DNA of 64,000 nucleotides from the NCBI GenBank assembly GCA_965285935.1, contig OZ260664.1, positions 64,356,001 through 64,420,000 of the forward strand, in the 5' to 3' direction. This DNA comes from Ophelia neglecta. Its lineage: Eukaryota. Shown piece by piece: positions 27,401-39,266 of this stretch. The notes below the pieces were generated by a model. The model was given only the letters and a program-made list of their open reading frames with translations. It did not search any database and was not told where the DNA came from. Within the stretch, counting starts at the first letter, position 1, and the number at the start of each line of letters is the position of its first letter. The position numbers and the translations under genes are program-made.

Positions 27401-28196
27401 AAAACAAGGAATGGTATGCCAGTTCTCCCTTCTATAATAGAAGGCTTTAATGCCTGCAGAGCCTGGGATCAGTTTGGCTGGCTTTCTTTTTCACTCTCCT
27501 CTCCTCATGTTTCAGAGTTAAGCCTACAGAACATGTTCTTTTTAGATGTCCCGGAGGCACACCATGGAGTGTGGAGATCCTCTAACAAGGTGAACAACAA
27601 TGTCTAGTGACTGTACAGGCCAGGATGGCTCCTAGAAGACCGTTTGTTGGCCTACACAATGATCTGGCAAGCCAAAGCCGATGTCAGCAGATCACAGTGA
27701 AGAAAAATCAGGCTATCAAATATACATCTCCGCTGTTTGGACTAGTTTGTGGAAGGATGCCTTTTTATTTTTTAACAACCAGTTTATTAATGATAAAAGA
27801 TCTATACTATTATTGAAAATAATATCTATCACTCTTCTGTACTACTTTCATTATTTGACTGGTTCTCCTTACCTGCAATTTCCAAGGTGGCATTTCTGCT
27901 GATGACGCTGACTCGTGTCTCGGGATTGGTGGCGTTGCAGTAGTAGACCCCCACATCCGGCTTATTGTTCTTGTTGTGGATGATCCTCAGGAAAAAGAGC
28001 TGTCCACTTGGTAGGAGCATCCGATGGGAGGTGTGGTCCTCGGTGGCTGTGGTCACCGGACGGCCATTACGGTACCAGGTGACGATGGGCGGTGGATCTC
28101 CTTCTGCCTTGCAGTTCAAGGTGGCCGGATCATTCTTCGCCACATACTGGTCTTCAGGGTGTTCTATGATCCGAGGATTGGTTATCTGCTGAACAC
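195..28196 (-). CDS. robo: Roundabout (Robo) receptor, multi-exon gene span; 5' signal-peptide exon not in window, 3' end may extend past base 1
   Basis: Exons join in consistent phase with GT-AG boundaries into ~1455 codons: 5 Ig + 3 FN3 + TM + cytoplasmic tail. Robo hallmarks: PRIIEHP..PATLNCKAEG.P.P..WY, SHRMLLPSGQLFFLRIIH, NATLEIA|VLRDDFR, PPPIIHQGPQNQTL, TPYATT (CC1), LPPPPEHPPP (CC2). Confidence 0.96.
1814..2005 (-). CDS. robo: Robo cytoplasmic exon with conserved SW.S...SSDGSFFAEADFASAVAKAAE motif
   Basis: ccactctccag|CT TCA TGG...AAA G|gttaat; resembles the vertebrate Robo [21 protein letters not shown] motif. Confidence 0.9.
2214..2413 (-). CDS. robo: Robo cytoplasmic exon (RMDHSG...DVDTVA)
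   Basis: ctgacattggtttccag|A ATG GAC...GCA G|gtaaca; phase 2-1, with branch point. Confidence 0.85.
2832..3423 (-). CDS. robo: Robo cytoplasmic proline-rich exon with CC2
   Basis: ttgatttcag|AT GAG...AAT AG|gtaagc; FLPPPPEHPPPSD (CC2, the Ena/VASP-binding motif in other Robos). Confidence 0.92.
3923..3991 (-). CDS. robo: Robo candidate symmetric cassette exon (69 nt; DKGGECCQQCEQGSPMSDHCRPQ)
   Basis: ttgttctcgtgttttag|AT AAA...CAA G|gtgtgt; GC-rich island in an AT-rich intron, phase 1-1, stop-free. Confidence 0.65.
4523..4861 (-). CDS. robo: Robo cytoplasmic exon with CC1 motif (acceptor at 4861 or in-frame at 4846)
   Basis: ...ENLYNTP...CTPYATTTLV...NIT; donor ACC G|gtgagg; C/G-ending codon bias. 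Confidence 0.9.
5085..5221 (-). CDS. robo: Robo candidate alternative exon B (137 nt; RNADTGPSHGNQGKQTCVPTCCQDDGSHNENDPPQGQIWQPYNKYD)
   Basis: tttcattacttttcccaag|G AAT GCT...GAC T|gtaaga; stop-free, GC-richer than flanks, same 2-1 phase as exon A; acceptor is AAG, which is weaker than YAG. Confidence 0.55.
5267..5331 (-). CDS. robo: Robo cytoplasmic exon A (65 nt; RLGGLFNTLNAPNYLQKDIANH)
   Basis: ctttgttcttttacgacag|G CTT GGT...CAT G|gtgagt; phase 2-1, restores frame to the CC1 exon. Confidence 0.78.
5460..5530. repeat. Imperfect (GAT)n microsatellite; reads (UCA)n / YCAY-rich on the robo transcript
   Basis: tgatattgatgatgatagtgatgatgatattgatgatg... Confidence 0.85.
6071..6101 (-). CDS. 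robo: Robo 31-nt juxtamembrane microexon (VPVHKSEDTTR)
   Basis: Very strong polypyrimidine acceptor (cctttcttttttgcag|TG CCT GTA) and donor ACC AG|gtacct; phase 1-2, bridges the TM exon to the phase-2 exons downstream. Confidence 0.75.
6227..6397 (-). CDS. robo: Robo exon, transmembrane helix and basic stop-transfer segment
   Basis: ttttttgtag|GT GAC...ACT G|gtgtgt; EPWFIATLIGTIGGTLWIALCFFSIWLYRKRKARKK. Confidence 0.93.
6625..6790 (-). CDS. robo: Robo exon, FN3-3 second half
   Basis: ttctttcag|ATT...GTT G|gtaagt; IFLFANES...LVRGMQYNAQILAYNRMGDGVKS. Confidence 0.93.
6926..7041 (-). CDS. robo: Robo exon, FN3-3 first half
   Basis: atttcccag|TG CCA...TAC AAG|gtacca; VPSAAPQNI...VRLFWDPPPKERTNGPLKGYK. 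Confidence 0.93.
7213..7468 (-). CDS. robo: Robo exon, FN3-2
   Basis: tcactgcag|GTT CGC...GAT G|gtgagc; FIEGFHIKYR...LRNLKKYTWYEVRIQPFY...SNTVRVRTFED. Confidence 0.94.
7719..8009 (-). CDS. robo: Robo exon, FN3-1 C-terminal part and start of FN3-2
   Basis: ttttggctag|GGC TGG...TGG GAT|gtaagt; GWVVASD...LRPDTAYMFLVRAQNSHGLSLPS...AVKLNWD. Confidence 0.94.
8378..8568 (-). CDS. robo: Robo exon, linker + FN3-1 N-terminal part
   Basis: ttgattttag|CT CCC...GGA GAG|gtaagg; ...FPGPPSKPSISDTTETSMRLMWK...YTVEYFSHETGE. Confidence 0.94.
8748..9035 (-). CDS. robo: Robo exon, Ig5
   Basis: tgtgtgttag|AT GTG...GAA G|gtaagt; DVDPRPPPIIHQGPQNQTL...DTGMYTCKALSETGETAWSAALIVE. Confidence 0.95.
9173..9332 (-). 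CDS. robo: Robo exon, Ig4 second half
   Basis: tttttgtag|ATC CTG ATG...AAG G|gtaagg; ILMFPRQDHGRFSVTDDGTLVIEPVRKEDDGQYICQALSVAGSSYAKARLEVK. Confidence 0.94.
9598..9722 (-). CDS. robo: Robo exon, Ig4 first half (alternative in-frame donor at 9586)
   Basis: tttttcag|CT CAG CCT...AGT GAG|gtaaat; SQPKFIVTPIDKVVGVGRRVSFRCEVTGNPPPAVFWNKETSE, phase 1-0. Confidence 0.92.
10353..10480 (-). CDS. robo: Robo exon, Ig3 second half (absent from ORF track)
   Basis: tgtgttttag|G TCT AAT...AAT T|gtaagt; SNILEDKSLQITKVKENDQGTYICRAENSVGYVEASATLTVN, phase 2-1. Confidence 0.93.
10761..10899 (-). CDS. robo: Robo exon, Ig3 first half (absent from ORF track)
   Basis: attatttccag|AG AAG CCA...GGC CG|gtaagt; EKPKFSKSPSDQLVEEEQDVRFECQSNGDPEPTIIWKKEEGQIPQGR, phase 1-2. 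Confidence 0.93.
11057..11335 (-). CDS. robo: Robo exon, Ig2
   Basis: ttcccattccag|TT TTG CGT GAT...AGA G|gtgagt, 279 nt; [34 protein letters not shown]...YVCIAQNVAGEKES. Confidence 0.96.
11446..11565. mobile_element. Possible degenerate short MITE with TACTGTA...TACAGTA ends
   Basis: Only 7-bp terminal inverted repeats; single copy seen. Confidence 0.25.
27873..28196 (-). CDS. robo: Robo exon, Ig1 (Slit-binding domain)
   Basis: ttttttgtcggcag|GT...GCA G|gtaagg, 324 nt, phase 1-1; GVQQITNPRIIEHPEDQYVAKNDPATLNCKAEG...RNATLEIA. Confidence 0.96.
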
Positions 28197-30066
28197 CTGC
28201 CGACAAAAAATACAAATAGGCATTATTTTCTGTGGAGAGAGACTTGAATACATGATAGCACATCTTAATAGTGAGAGGCAGAAGATGGATCATAAAAATC
28301 AGAAACTTAATACAGATTCCCTTTAGGGTTCAAGGAAAATTGGAAAGACTCGGGATAAACAGATCCATGAAAAATCCATCAGAATTCATCAGACATGAAC
28401 TAGATGAAATGTCCTTTAGCAAAAAAATCCCAATCTTTGTAGATTTATTTCTGCCGCTCTCAAGGACAGCCCCTAATTAGGAAGCTTTTTGGACTAGGTT
28501 GGCTGTCTAAACCCTTTTTAGTCATACATTATGTAGGCAGATGGGAGGCTACATGGTCTGAACTGCCATTATGTCCATTAACATTGAGCTTGGACTCCCA
28601 TAGGGAGCAGACAGGGCCTGACACCAAACTCCAGGTGAAAAGAAACAACACAGACAGCCTTAAAAATAGACAGCCACCAAATCTACCCAGCAGGAATCCT
28701 GGCTTCTGTGGAAACTACTTTAGGAGATATTTAGAGGCAGCAAATACATGCAGGAATAAATTATATTACAAGGAATGCAAGTATGGATGGTTTGTTTTAT
28801 TCACTTTACCTAGACACAGTGTCTACCTGGGCTAATTTCTTCGGCTGGAGAAATGTTGCGGTGCCTGGTACCTATCACAGGTGAATTCCTGTATTGTTTG
28901 TTTGATCAGCTCTTACTGGCACACCGGACACCAGTTCAGTGCTTACCTTCCAGATTCACCTGGTCAACATTTCTCTTACTTGTTTATACCTGACTCACAT
29001 CAACTGACCATCCAAAAATCATGGCACCAGGGTCATTCTGGGCTACCATACTGTTTTTACCCTAAATCATTTATGTTGATTATTACCAAAACAGATGATG
29101 TATGAATGAGATCTGATGAAGTACAGTGTTCAAAGTAGAAACCATTTCTCAGTCTTATCATGTTAGTTATATTATATGTGGAGGTACATAAAAACTTAAG
29201 AGGGATTAATCCAATGGTTGGTGAAGACATCCAGGTGTGATCAGGAGGCAGTAGTAAGGCGTCAGTGTCAGGAGGTGTGGAAGGCTAATAACCCCTCTAC
29301 ACCCCCAGCTTCCCCCCATATCAACCACCCTTTGTCCTGTACCCCCTAGTGAGTCAGGAAGGCAACAGTGGCTGTATTCTACCAACACAACTATGTAAAA
29401 AATGCCCGGGATGTACAGCCTGCCTGGAACTGCTGCTTTGAGCATCACAGATGTTCAAGCCTGTCAAATTCAGTCTGTTTATTATCAAGGTGTTCAGCTT
29501 TACTTTCCCTTACTGTTAATAAGCCAAGCACTACATGTATTGTGAGCATTGTTAATATAAGATACTGAGAATAATTTATACAAGAATCCCCTTTTTTACC
29601 GAGCGGGGAAAAGTGTATAATTTACTTGCGGTGTACATGTATATCACTATCCAAAAATATAGCAATTATTTTGACAATTAGCAGATGGCATATCTGTTAA
29701 CCATCTGTAAAGAAGGATTACAGTCCTTACTTCTTTTCAGTTCAGTTCATTTGACCCAAAGAAGAAGCTGTAAGCAACCTTTGAAGTCAGATGACTTTAG
29801 ATATGGCCTATGTCAAACAGATACACAGAATTGCAAAATGCAGGCACACTGCAGTTGCCACTGTTAAATGACAGACATTTGTCACTGAGAAAATACTTGG
29901 CTTTGAAAGGGCAAAACATCCACATAACAGGGGTTTTTAGAGGGGCAAGACATACCCTCAAAAAGAGTTGTGAGAGAGGCAAGGCACCCTCTTACTAGAC
30001 ATGGGCTTTGAGACGGACATCAGTTTTAAGAAGGACAAGACACCCCCTGAGGCTTTGAGTGGGAGA

Positions 30067-30317
30067 GGCTTTGATAGGAACAAGACAACTGTTCACACCA
30101 TAGGGGCTTTGATAGGGACCAAAAATCCGTTCACACCATAGGGGCTTTGATAGGGACAAGACATCGATTCACACCATAGGGGCTTTGATAGGGACAAGAC
30201 ATCTGTTCACACCATAGGGGCTTTGATAGGACAAGACAACCATTCACACCATTGGGGCTTTGATAGGGACAAGGAATCCCATCAAAAAATAGGGGTTTTG
30301 AGAGAGACAAGACATCC
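30067..30317. repeat. 38-bp minisatellite (TTCACACCATAGGGGCTTTGATAGGGACAAGACATCTG), ~6 copies, with decayed copies spreading over ~29930-30435
   Basis: ttcacacc recurs at about 30092, 30130, 30168, 30206 and 30243. Confidence 0.92.
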
Positions 30318-33300
30318 ACTAGCACCACCTGGGGGGAACATACCATCCCATCACCTCACTGGGGCTTTGGGAGGGACCAGGCTTCCACATAGCACATTCC
30401 CTGGCACGACAGAAGCTTAGAGAGGGACAAGACACCGCCTTGACTGCAATAGGCTCTAAGGTGAAATTTTAAGAAGCCCTCTGCCTCTGTTAGAGTGAGG
30501 AGATGACAGGGCTTTGGGTTTTGAGCAGACCATAAGCAAATTGGCCCTGACAAAGAATGAGGAGATGTCTACCATGTGACAAGACAGTTTTATGAAAGAC
30601 AAAAATCTATGACATTGACGGGTCTCTTGAGACTGCAACACATACAGCTCTGTCAGTTGACCAATAAAATTCAATAACATTAGTTTTCTACTCTTTGTAA
30701 TAACTATCTTCTGAGCCATGGAATATTTACTAGGAAATTAGAAGACAGTCAGAAGGAATGATTTATATATTCTGTCAGAAGCCCATTTGTTGGTTCATGG
30801 CAAGACCTCCTAGCATCTATTTGCCATGCTGATGTGCTTCAGGAGGAATTTTCTTTGAGGCAGAGACACATTGCAGGATGGCATCAAACTACTAGCTATG
30901 GTGTATATGAAATGCTTTGTTCACAAGTTCTGTTTTATTCCACATAGCAGGCACTTGGAACAAAAACATGATTAATACCATATACTGCACATGTACTTAG
31001 TTCTAGCCTGTAGTTGGTTTTTGTATACAACACACAGATTAGGCACTTTCCAGCAAAACGAAGTATTCATAGGGTGCATTGTAACACTGCAAATGAAATT
31101 GCAGCAGCAATCATAAACCAATAAACATGATGATTTGCTAAACAGCTTAAAAAATGAATTCAGAGTAGTCACTGTAAAGTTATTCACTATACATATGACT
31201 TACATATCAGTCAAAGGAGCGATGAGACTTGCCCTTTACCTGCAATCAGTTTTGTTTCAATCAGTATGCTACAAACTGACTGATCCAATATACTTAAACA
31301 CTGTTAAGGCGGCACCATGGGTTAGAATACCACAAGTGGGGTTACTTTTGCATCTCATTATAAAATAGTTATTATCAGTTAAGGTCATTAGGAACTGGCT
31401 GGATATGGCCTATCACATGTTTCCATTACCTGATAACTTACTCTTATCACTCAGCACTGCTAGTTTTCAGCACTGTGCCTTGAATTACTAGGATCTTGAC
31501 CCCCACCCAGTACTCACTCATCCAGCCATCCACATTCATACACCCACCCCTGTTGTCTGCCAGGTCCCAGGCAGAGACCAGGTTCCCTACTCTGATGTTG
31601 TTTTGGTGGTCAGAGTACAGACTGAGCCTTTTGATGAGGGCACTGAGGTCAGGCTTTTGTGCCTACCCAGAAGATCAGGTGTGGCAAAGCAGGCCAAAGG
31701 ATTAGATGGTGGGATTGCCTACAGTTACACCTGGTGGCCAATCAGGGACACTGGGGTGCCCTCTATCAGATAGGCTTCCCCGCAAGCCACATGCTGACCA
31801 CAAAAAGCCCTCTGATCATCAAAGACAAAGACCGTTTGTTTTATACCCTTGTGACATTGGTATAAGGAGATATGGCTACCTGATCAATAGCAGGGCTGGG
31901 TGTGCCTAATATCTTCACTGGCCCAATACTGGCAGCCATTGTTTGCCCTTGCAAGACCTTTATTGCAAGAAGACACACTCGGAGAAAGAGAGTGATCTAT
32001 CATTGGAATGCATATTGTAGTCAGCTCCAGGCAGCACACTTCTTCACCCTGTGTCTGAGCTTCCTCCAATCAATGAGCATTTCAAACTCAGGTGCAGGAG
32101 CCAATTGATTACACATCTAATAGATTCATCTTAGTGTTGAAATGAACTTTTTGTTTATTGTTCTTGTCTTCAGACCTCCCAGTAGGTTCTGATTAACAAG
32201 TGGCTGAAAGCAGTCTCCAGTGTACCTTTGATTCTAAGTTACTTTCAGCTGCCTCACATATTCTATGAAAATGGCACATTTCTATGCTAATTGCTGCTGC
32301 TGTATAACACTCTGTCCAAGGTGATCTCCTTGGAAAAGACTGGATGGAGTAGACTGGAGCCAATCAAATCATGTTTCTGCCTGCTGGAGAGCACTTTGGG
32401 GAGATTGTTACACACACTTCTTAATCTATCCTGACACCTCATCCTTGTATAACCAAATATTGTAGTAAATGGAGCACTTAGGTATGGTGAATGACATCAC
32501 CAAAGGAAAACTATCCAAATGACTCACAGTTTTGACCAAGAAGATATAGTTAACCAATTCCCATACAAGACTCAGTATATCTGACATAGCAATTATTGCT
32601 GGCCCATCATACTATTTTCACTATCTTCTCAAAACACTGAAATTCATATCTGAGCTTTGTGGAAGGGATTCAAAGCACTTGGAGATTGTGTTAACCCCCA
32701 AGGCCAGCCTATCATTCCAGTTGGAAAAACAGGCACAGCAGGACTCAAAAAACAATAGCTGGCAGGGAATCAGGGGAAAACACCTCTAGAAAAAGTTCAC
32801 AAGACACCCAAACCCATTTCCTGTTTTCTGTACATGTATTCTCTCCTCTTTGCAAACAGATCTACATATTTGTATCCATCTTCAGGTGGCAATAAGCCTG
32901 GCCTCTGGCCCTGGCACCTGGATTCACTTTTCCTATTAGGCTGGACTAGAAGCCTTAGAGTTCACACAGATAAAAGAGACCAAACACACAGAAGACACTG
33001 AAGGAAACTCTCTAGGTCTGTGGTGGATTGCGGCTCAGATGGAGATCTGTAGAGGCCGGAGTCCCTTGTTTTATTGCATTCATTGATCTGAAATTAAAGG
33101 CTGTGGAGAAACAAAGGCAGCACACTTAAAGAGGATTGAATTGGTGGAAGGGAGCATTGATTAGAGCCAGAAGAAAGCCACCCCAGTACATACCCTGTCC
33201 TATCTTTCAGATCAATTGCCCATCATCAGCAATTGGCATATCTTGGCAGCAGAGAGAACCAAAGGCCAAGCTGTCGGAGCCAATCACATCATCACCTAAA

Positions 33301-34491
33301 CCAAACCACCTACTGGCAATAGACAAGGCAATGGAGTCTTTTCTTTTGCTCCTTGATGGGATTCTTTTTCTCCCAGTTTAAACACAATACCAACTACAGG
33401 GGCAATGCAGACAAAAAATCTTGGTAAAAATAGCTAAGATTGTCTGGTGGGCTAGTCATGTATTGGCTTCATACATGTTCTTATCAAAGCTGATGCTATC
33501 CTACGCACTACAACTGGAACTATATGGAAACATTTATTGATGACATTGTACTAGCAACCATAGGGCAAACAAATACTTTATTGCTTTTCTGGCAAAGATC
33601 ATGGTTGAAAGAAAAACCTGCACTTTCATGTAAGGAAACACAAGCCAGCAGGCCCATTTGTTAACAACTATCTAAGTGCTGATATGACCTGCAACATACC
33701 ATTCTGTTATCAAGGAGATTTACAGACAAAAAAGTCCTGACACAATTGTGCACTTCTGCCCTTTTACTTTGTAGTTGCAATCACTGAAGAAAAAAAAAGA
33801 TTTTCTAGTAACATAAAACAGAACATTGTTAAATGTCTGCCAGAAACAAGCACAAATCACTGATGTTTTATGCTGTATGGTGGCACTCCTAATACTATTG
33901 GGGCAACATCAATGTCAATCAAAGGCATTTGTCACCTTTAACGACTTCTACCATGTTGTACACATCACGAAGACCAGAGAGACAATGGTTAATTCAATAG
34001 GCAGAGACATGAGTTGCCAGAGGCAGATAGACAGACCAAGGCCTGCAGACCAGCACCCAGGATGGCACAGACCAGTCTTCAAGGGATCAGGAAGAAGGAA
34101 GAATTGACACTCCCTGTACCAATCAACATGCAAATCTAATAAAGACAGCCTTCCACATCTAATTCCCTGCCAAATGTAGACAATTAGGATACCCATTGCC
34201 AATGAGACAGCAGTCCCTCCACAAGAACAGGCCTGATCACAAGATGCTCCCCTCAATGGCATTCAGGTCCTTTATGTAAGGTCTGGAGCTACCAGCCTGT
34301 GAAAAAGGGAGAATGTACTAAGGGCATTACTCATAACTGTCAGCAATTCATCCTACAATTAGTATAATGCAGATAGTCCTTGCTGAATTTTCAAATAGCA
34401 AACAATAAAGAGGTTGCATCTTATAGCTGTGACTCCTGTAATAAAACTAACAGAGTTAAACTGAAGTCTGGCAAGAAAATTGTATTAGCCA

Positions 34492-34583
34492 TGCCAGGAA
34501 GTGAAAGAAGCTAGAAAGGCAATGCTTCCTTTATGCTTGCCAGGAAGTGAAAGAAGCTAGAAAGGCAATGCTTCCTTTATGCT
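34492..34583. repeat. Perfect 46-bp tandem duplication
   Basis: tgccaggaagtgaaagaagctagaaaggcaatgcttcctttatgct x2. Confidence 0.95.
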
Positions 34584-35595
34584 TTCAGCATTTTGATAAA
34601 TCACTCTGGTTTGCAACTCCTGCATGTCCCATTTACAGTCATCTATTTTCTCAAAATGACTGCACACAGTCAGTTTTTACCGTCTAACACACGGAACAAG
34701 CAGGCTGAAGAGAATGTTTGCTGAGGTGTGCTGTGCATCCCATTATCTGAATCTAAGTTATCTGAATCTCAGGCGATCAGGGCACATGTTAGTACATGGG
34801 AGCCATGTATGTGGGTTGTTAATAGCTTTTGATGCCTCCATCCTAGAAGACATGAGAAAGTGGCATAAGACAAATGACAATTTACTGGCCGTTTACCTTA
34901 TCATTTACCTGTTAGTTGGGTTAAATTCGCATTAGTGGTGGACGTCTCACTCACACACTGAAACTTACACATCTAACCTTCCCATTTTCATGTACAGTTT
35001 TTTAGCATACGGGTTCAGCAGATTTCCTGTTTACCCAACATATATTAGAGAACAGACAGACACAAGTCAATTACACCCTCTGATGTAAAGCCACTTTTTG
35101 TTACCAGGCGCTGGTTCTGTTTTTCATCTCTCATCGAACCAGCTGATCGTCATTTCCAGAAATTGCATAAACGTCTTTCAAAAAATGTAGTTCGCAAGTA
35201 ACAATTCTTTTCAACTATGATTATACCTCCGCTTCATGGCAGCTACAGGCTGGTTTGCTGTCAGATACAGAAGTTTTATAATCTACAGAAGTTTCCTATT
35301 AACATACATAATGAGAAAATGTACGATGCATCAACTAATAACAATTTATCCTCCATCAGACTCATAAAGTAATCCAGACATAAAGGTTTTTATGAATAAT
35401 TAAAGCTCATAAATATTTGATTTGGGAGTGACATGCTTACAAGTCAACCAGCATGGTCCCATTGGCATGCACATCTGGCTGGAGGGTTGTTAGTAGTATT
35501 CTGGAGTTTCAAATGATGAGAAAATCATCTCCATACAGGGCGTGCCAAAGAAGAGTGCTCTTAGAGTTAGTCATCAATCTCCCTGATTGGGCGGT

Positions 35596-35653
35596 AGTCT
35601 TGTGATGTTTTATGACAGTCTTGTGATATCTATAATAGTCTTGTGATGTTTTA
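35596..35653. repeat. ~21-bp tandem repeat x3 (AGTCTTGTGAT...)
   Basis: agtcttgtgat recurs three times at a 20-21 bp period. Confidence 0.75.
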
Positions 35654-38600
35654 AGAATTAACAGGTAGCCATCTAACACAGAGGTAATAATGTTTATATA
35701 ATATTACCACTGGTGTGACCATATGATAAAGTAATGTGCTGATGGTGCACAGAACATAAAATAAACAATTATTTTGAAATCTACAAATTTTATGTTCCAT
35801 TAATTGAAAATGTGCATGCCATGAATCAAGGATGTATGGGGTTTTTCAGCCACTAATAAATGACAATGTCTAGCCACATAATAAATATACTATAATTCTG
35901 TCAAGTAATGAAATCTTTAATAGGAATGAACAGCTTGCCATTTGTTGTACCACTATGCGATTCAAAACGATAAAATTTTACATTATGGCATGAAGTCAGG
36001 GCATACCATTAGTTTAAAAATCAGTTTTTATCCACACAAATACTATTCTATATTATTTATTCAGTATGGAAACAAAAGTTTGTGGCATTTCCATTAAAAC
36101 CCACAGATTGATAATGGGTAATAACAAAATGCACCATTTAACAATCAATAAATCATTTTGACATAAATAAGCTAGTGGTGTATTAACACCTGTGCCTGAT
36201 TGATCCAGTTAATAGCATATCAAAGACAAATTACTTGTAAAGGTAGTTTGATACCAGGGAATGAAGCATTAGTAAAATGAGCATGTCTTAGTTAGAGGCC
36301 TGGTTAACTTGTATAAAACACACATTCATCATCACAAGTTGACTGGTCACAGGACATTAAATATTCAGGTAAGCACATGGGGTTGGTAACACCTGTGGTG
36401 ACTATTTAATGTCTAGATTGAACTCGGATTCAATCAGTTGATGCATTACCTGATAGAATACAAGTATGCAAAGCTCGCTAAAGATTCCTCTGATACAAAT
36501 TGATATAAAAAATATACAGGCATGGACCACTTTAATGATTTTAAATGTAAATGGGTGGTGTGCTGTATGTGATCAAATATCAAAGAATCAGTCCAATTGT
36601 GACTTTTTTATCTGAATTATGGCCAGTGCCTGGCATATTGTGTGTAGACACACACACAATGGTATGTAGTATTTCTACACCTATTGCAGACTCTGGTGTT
36701 AGTATTCTGAGATGGTAGTGTGTGTTTGGTGAGTGTGATACAAGGTTCAGTACAGTGTCAAAGCCACAAGCCAGCCGCCTCCGGGTACACAAGGTACACA
36801 ACTTATCATAACTTGTAGTGTCAGCCTCCAGCCACTATCACTTCTTACCTCCTAGCACTATCATGTCTACAACCAACAATTCATTTACAAAGGAAATACA
36901 TATCAATCACTGAGATGACTTGAGAAAACTACTAAGGTTTGCATACCACAACCACTATTTTGTCAGATGTTTTATATTACAATATGAACACCATATTACA
37001 GAAATCTCCTCTATAAAATCATGTCTGACGGGTGTAATTTTCTTGTCTTGTCTGCCCTCTCACAGAGACACCGATATGACAAAAGACTTATCATGGCCAT
37101 AGCAAAGTGTTGGCACTAAATGCTATCTGAACTACACTGTCTGTTTTGTCAGTAAACCACCCTTGGGTTAAGTGCTGCCCTCCCCTTGTTTTTCTGTTCA
37201 CTATTGAGAGAAGTGCTCTGACCCTTCCTGGGGATATTTATTGGATTCTGGTTATCACTCGGAGGACCTGTGTTAGGCAGGTATTATGTGCCAAGATAGA
37301 AGCTTTGTAAATGCTGGATAAGAGTCTGGAGATGCCAGTAATCTGCCCCCTGCATCCGCTTATCAACAAAAGAAAGCAACTGACCATTACCAAGTCTCCA
37401 GCCCAAGGGGCCAGAGACCTTAGAAACACTGCCAGATACATATTGGCTTGTCAAGCGCAGAAGTGACTTCTAGTAGGGCATCATTGGTATTCAGTCATCT
37501 GGTATTGTAATTTCAAGTCATAATGAGAAATATTCACATCATTACCTACTGGTCATTAAGTTGTTTACATCAGATGGTGACATAACACTGGCAGTGTTAA
37601 AAGTTCAAGCAGAAGACACAATAGTAATTGACCTATCCTTGGCTGTCTGTTCTGTTTATTTCACACCTATACATCTGGGAGTACTGTTTAAAAACCCCCA
37701 TCTGGGTCCAAACACAAGGCCTAGACAATGACAAGCAGCAGCCCTGTGCTCCTCAAAGCTATTTTTCTGCTTGCCTGCACTGGGCAGAAACTGAAAGGAA
37801 CAAATGGCAAAGAAACCGAGACAGAAGTTTCAGTAAATTACTAATGACAGAGCTCATTTTACTGGAGCCTGTCTTGACCATATGTTAACTCCTCGATCAT
37901 CTTCACACGGACAAGACCAACTGCCCGCAGCTATCCAAACCAATAAATAGAAATGCTAAGTCTTCAGTTGGTGTTGGCTTTCAAGGCCTTGATTAGTTGC
38001 CATAAGCTGGACACATTAGTGGTAAACACCATGCAAGGTTAGGTCTAAACAAAGTGGAGGTGAGGAGTGTGTATTTGAGGGTTGTAGGTATGTGAGGGAG
38101 GTATTGTGAGGGGTTACAGATGTGATCATGGCCAGCCTGGTACACAGAGCAGCCAGTTACACAGGGGGAGTCGTACATCAGCCATGGGCGGCCTGCCTCA
38201 CTTAGTGACCTTCGTGGTCACCTACATCATCCTCTACCCGGCCCTGGTCAGCAGGCTGGGCTACGCTGTGAACCCAAGGAGAAAACTAACACCTTCCCAC
38301 ACCAGTAGCAATTCCACTCCCACAAGTTTACAATTCAGGCTAGTTTGTATGTGACAACAGCAAACTTCTCCTCTAAATGTAATCCAGGTTTGTTCAGAAA
38401 CCATTTAACTGGTAAACCAGTTGGGGTAACTTGAACTGGGCTCTCCCAGCATCTGAGAGCTGGTCAGGAGCTAAACATGCATGGAGAACAACATATGTTG
38501 TGAGCCAACTCTACCTCGACCAACAGCACAGAGAAACATAGAGATAAAAAGTAAATAGAGGTAACTGAAGTCCCATCTGAACCCCACACCCCTCAATCCC

Positions 38601-39007
38601 TACCCCACACCATCACTGTATCATCTTCACCAGTACATATGGTCCTTGTGTATCTTGGCTAGCACAGGATACATAGCTATGGGGTTGTTATGGCAACATG
38701 ACCATTACCATGACAACATGTAGCCAGAAGGGGAGTCACATCTGAAGTACCCTTGCCTGGCAGCAAGTGGTGGTGTCTGGCGGACTGGATCAAAGACAAA
38801 CTAGATATATACAGCCCTCCCAGCACATTGTACAGGGCAGAAGAAAACATTGGGGAGTCTGTAAGGACAGAATAAACATCACAGCCAGAAGTGTTTGATA
38901 CGCAGTGGTAAACCCTAAATGGCTGGCACATGGGAAAATACACAGACAACTGGCTGTCAAGGGTGTAGATTACAACTCAGACATACAACTCAGCCACCCC
39001 CCACTTG

Positions 39008-39266
39008 AGAATCATTCTCAGTGGTGCTGACTACTTTGACTGCTGTGAAGGAAGGCAGCACCACCAAGGAGACCCAAGCTGAGGAGCACTCACACTCACC
39101 TCTCCTTGAAGGGAACCCCCTCACCATGGCTAGCCACTGACCAAAGAGGGCAACCAATGGAGTGGAGGGTCCACTTCAAGGGCTCAGAATAAGAATGGGA
39201 TCAATGACCTCCTGTGAAGTGCCTGAGCAAAAACTCAAGTGGGCAGCACCACCCAGAATGGTTCTA
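39008..39266. mobile_element. Palindromic foldback/MITE-like element, copy 1
   Basis: Left end agaatcattctcagtggtgctgactacttt is approximately the reverse complement of right end aagtgggcagcaccacccagaatggttct; inner arm ccaaagagggcaaccaatgg...gggtccacttcaagggctcaga is shared with the other copies. Confidence 0.7.

Noticed and set aside
2199-28326. Plus-strand ORFs overlapping robo exons
   Set aside because: Antisense shadows of GC-rich coding exons.
31305-31345. tRNA B-box-like GGGTTAGAATACCAC
   Set aside because: No cloverleaf or A box; at most a SINE remnant.
37238-37441. Signal-peptide-like ORF (MYLAVFLRSL...CFLLLISGCRG) as robo exon 1
   Set aside because: Right strand, but I found no plausible phase-1 GT donor before its stop.
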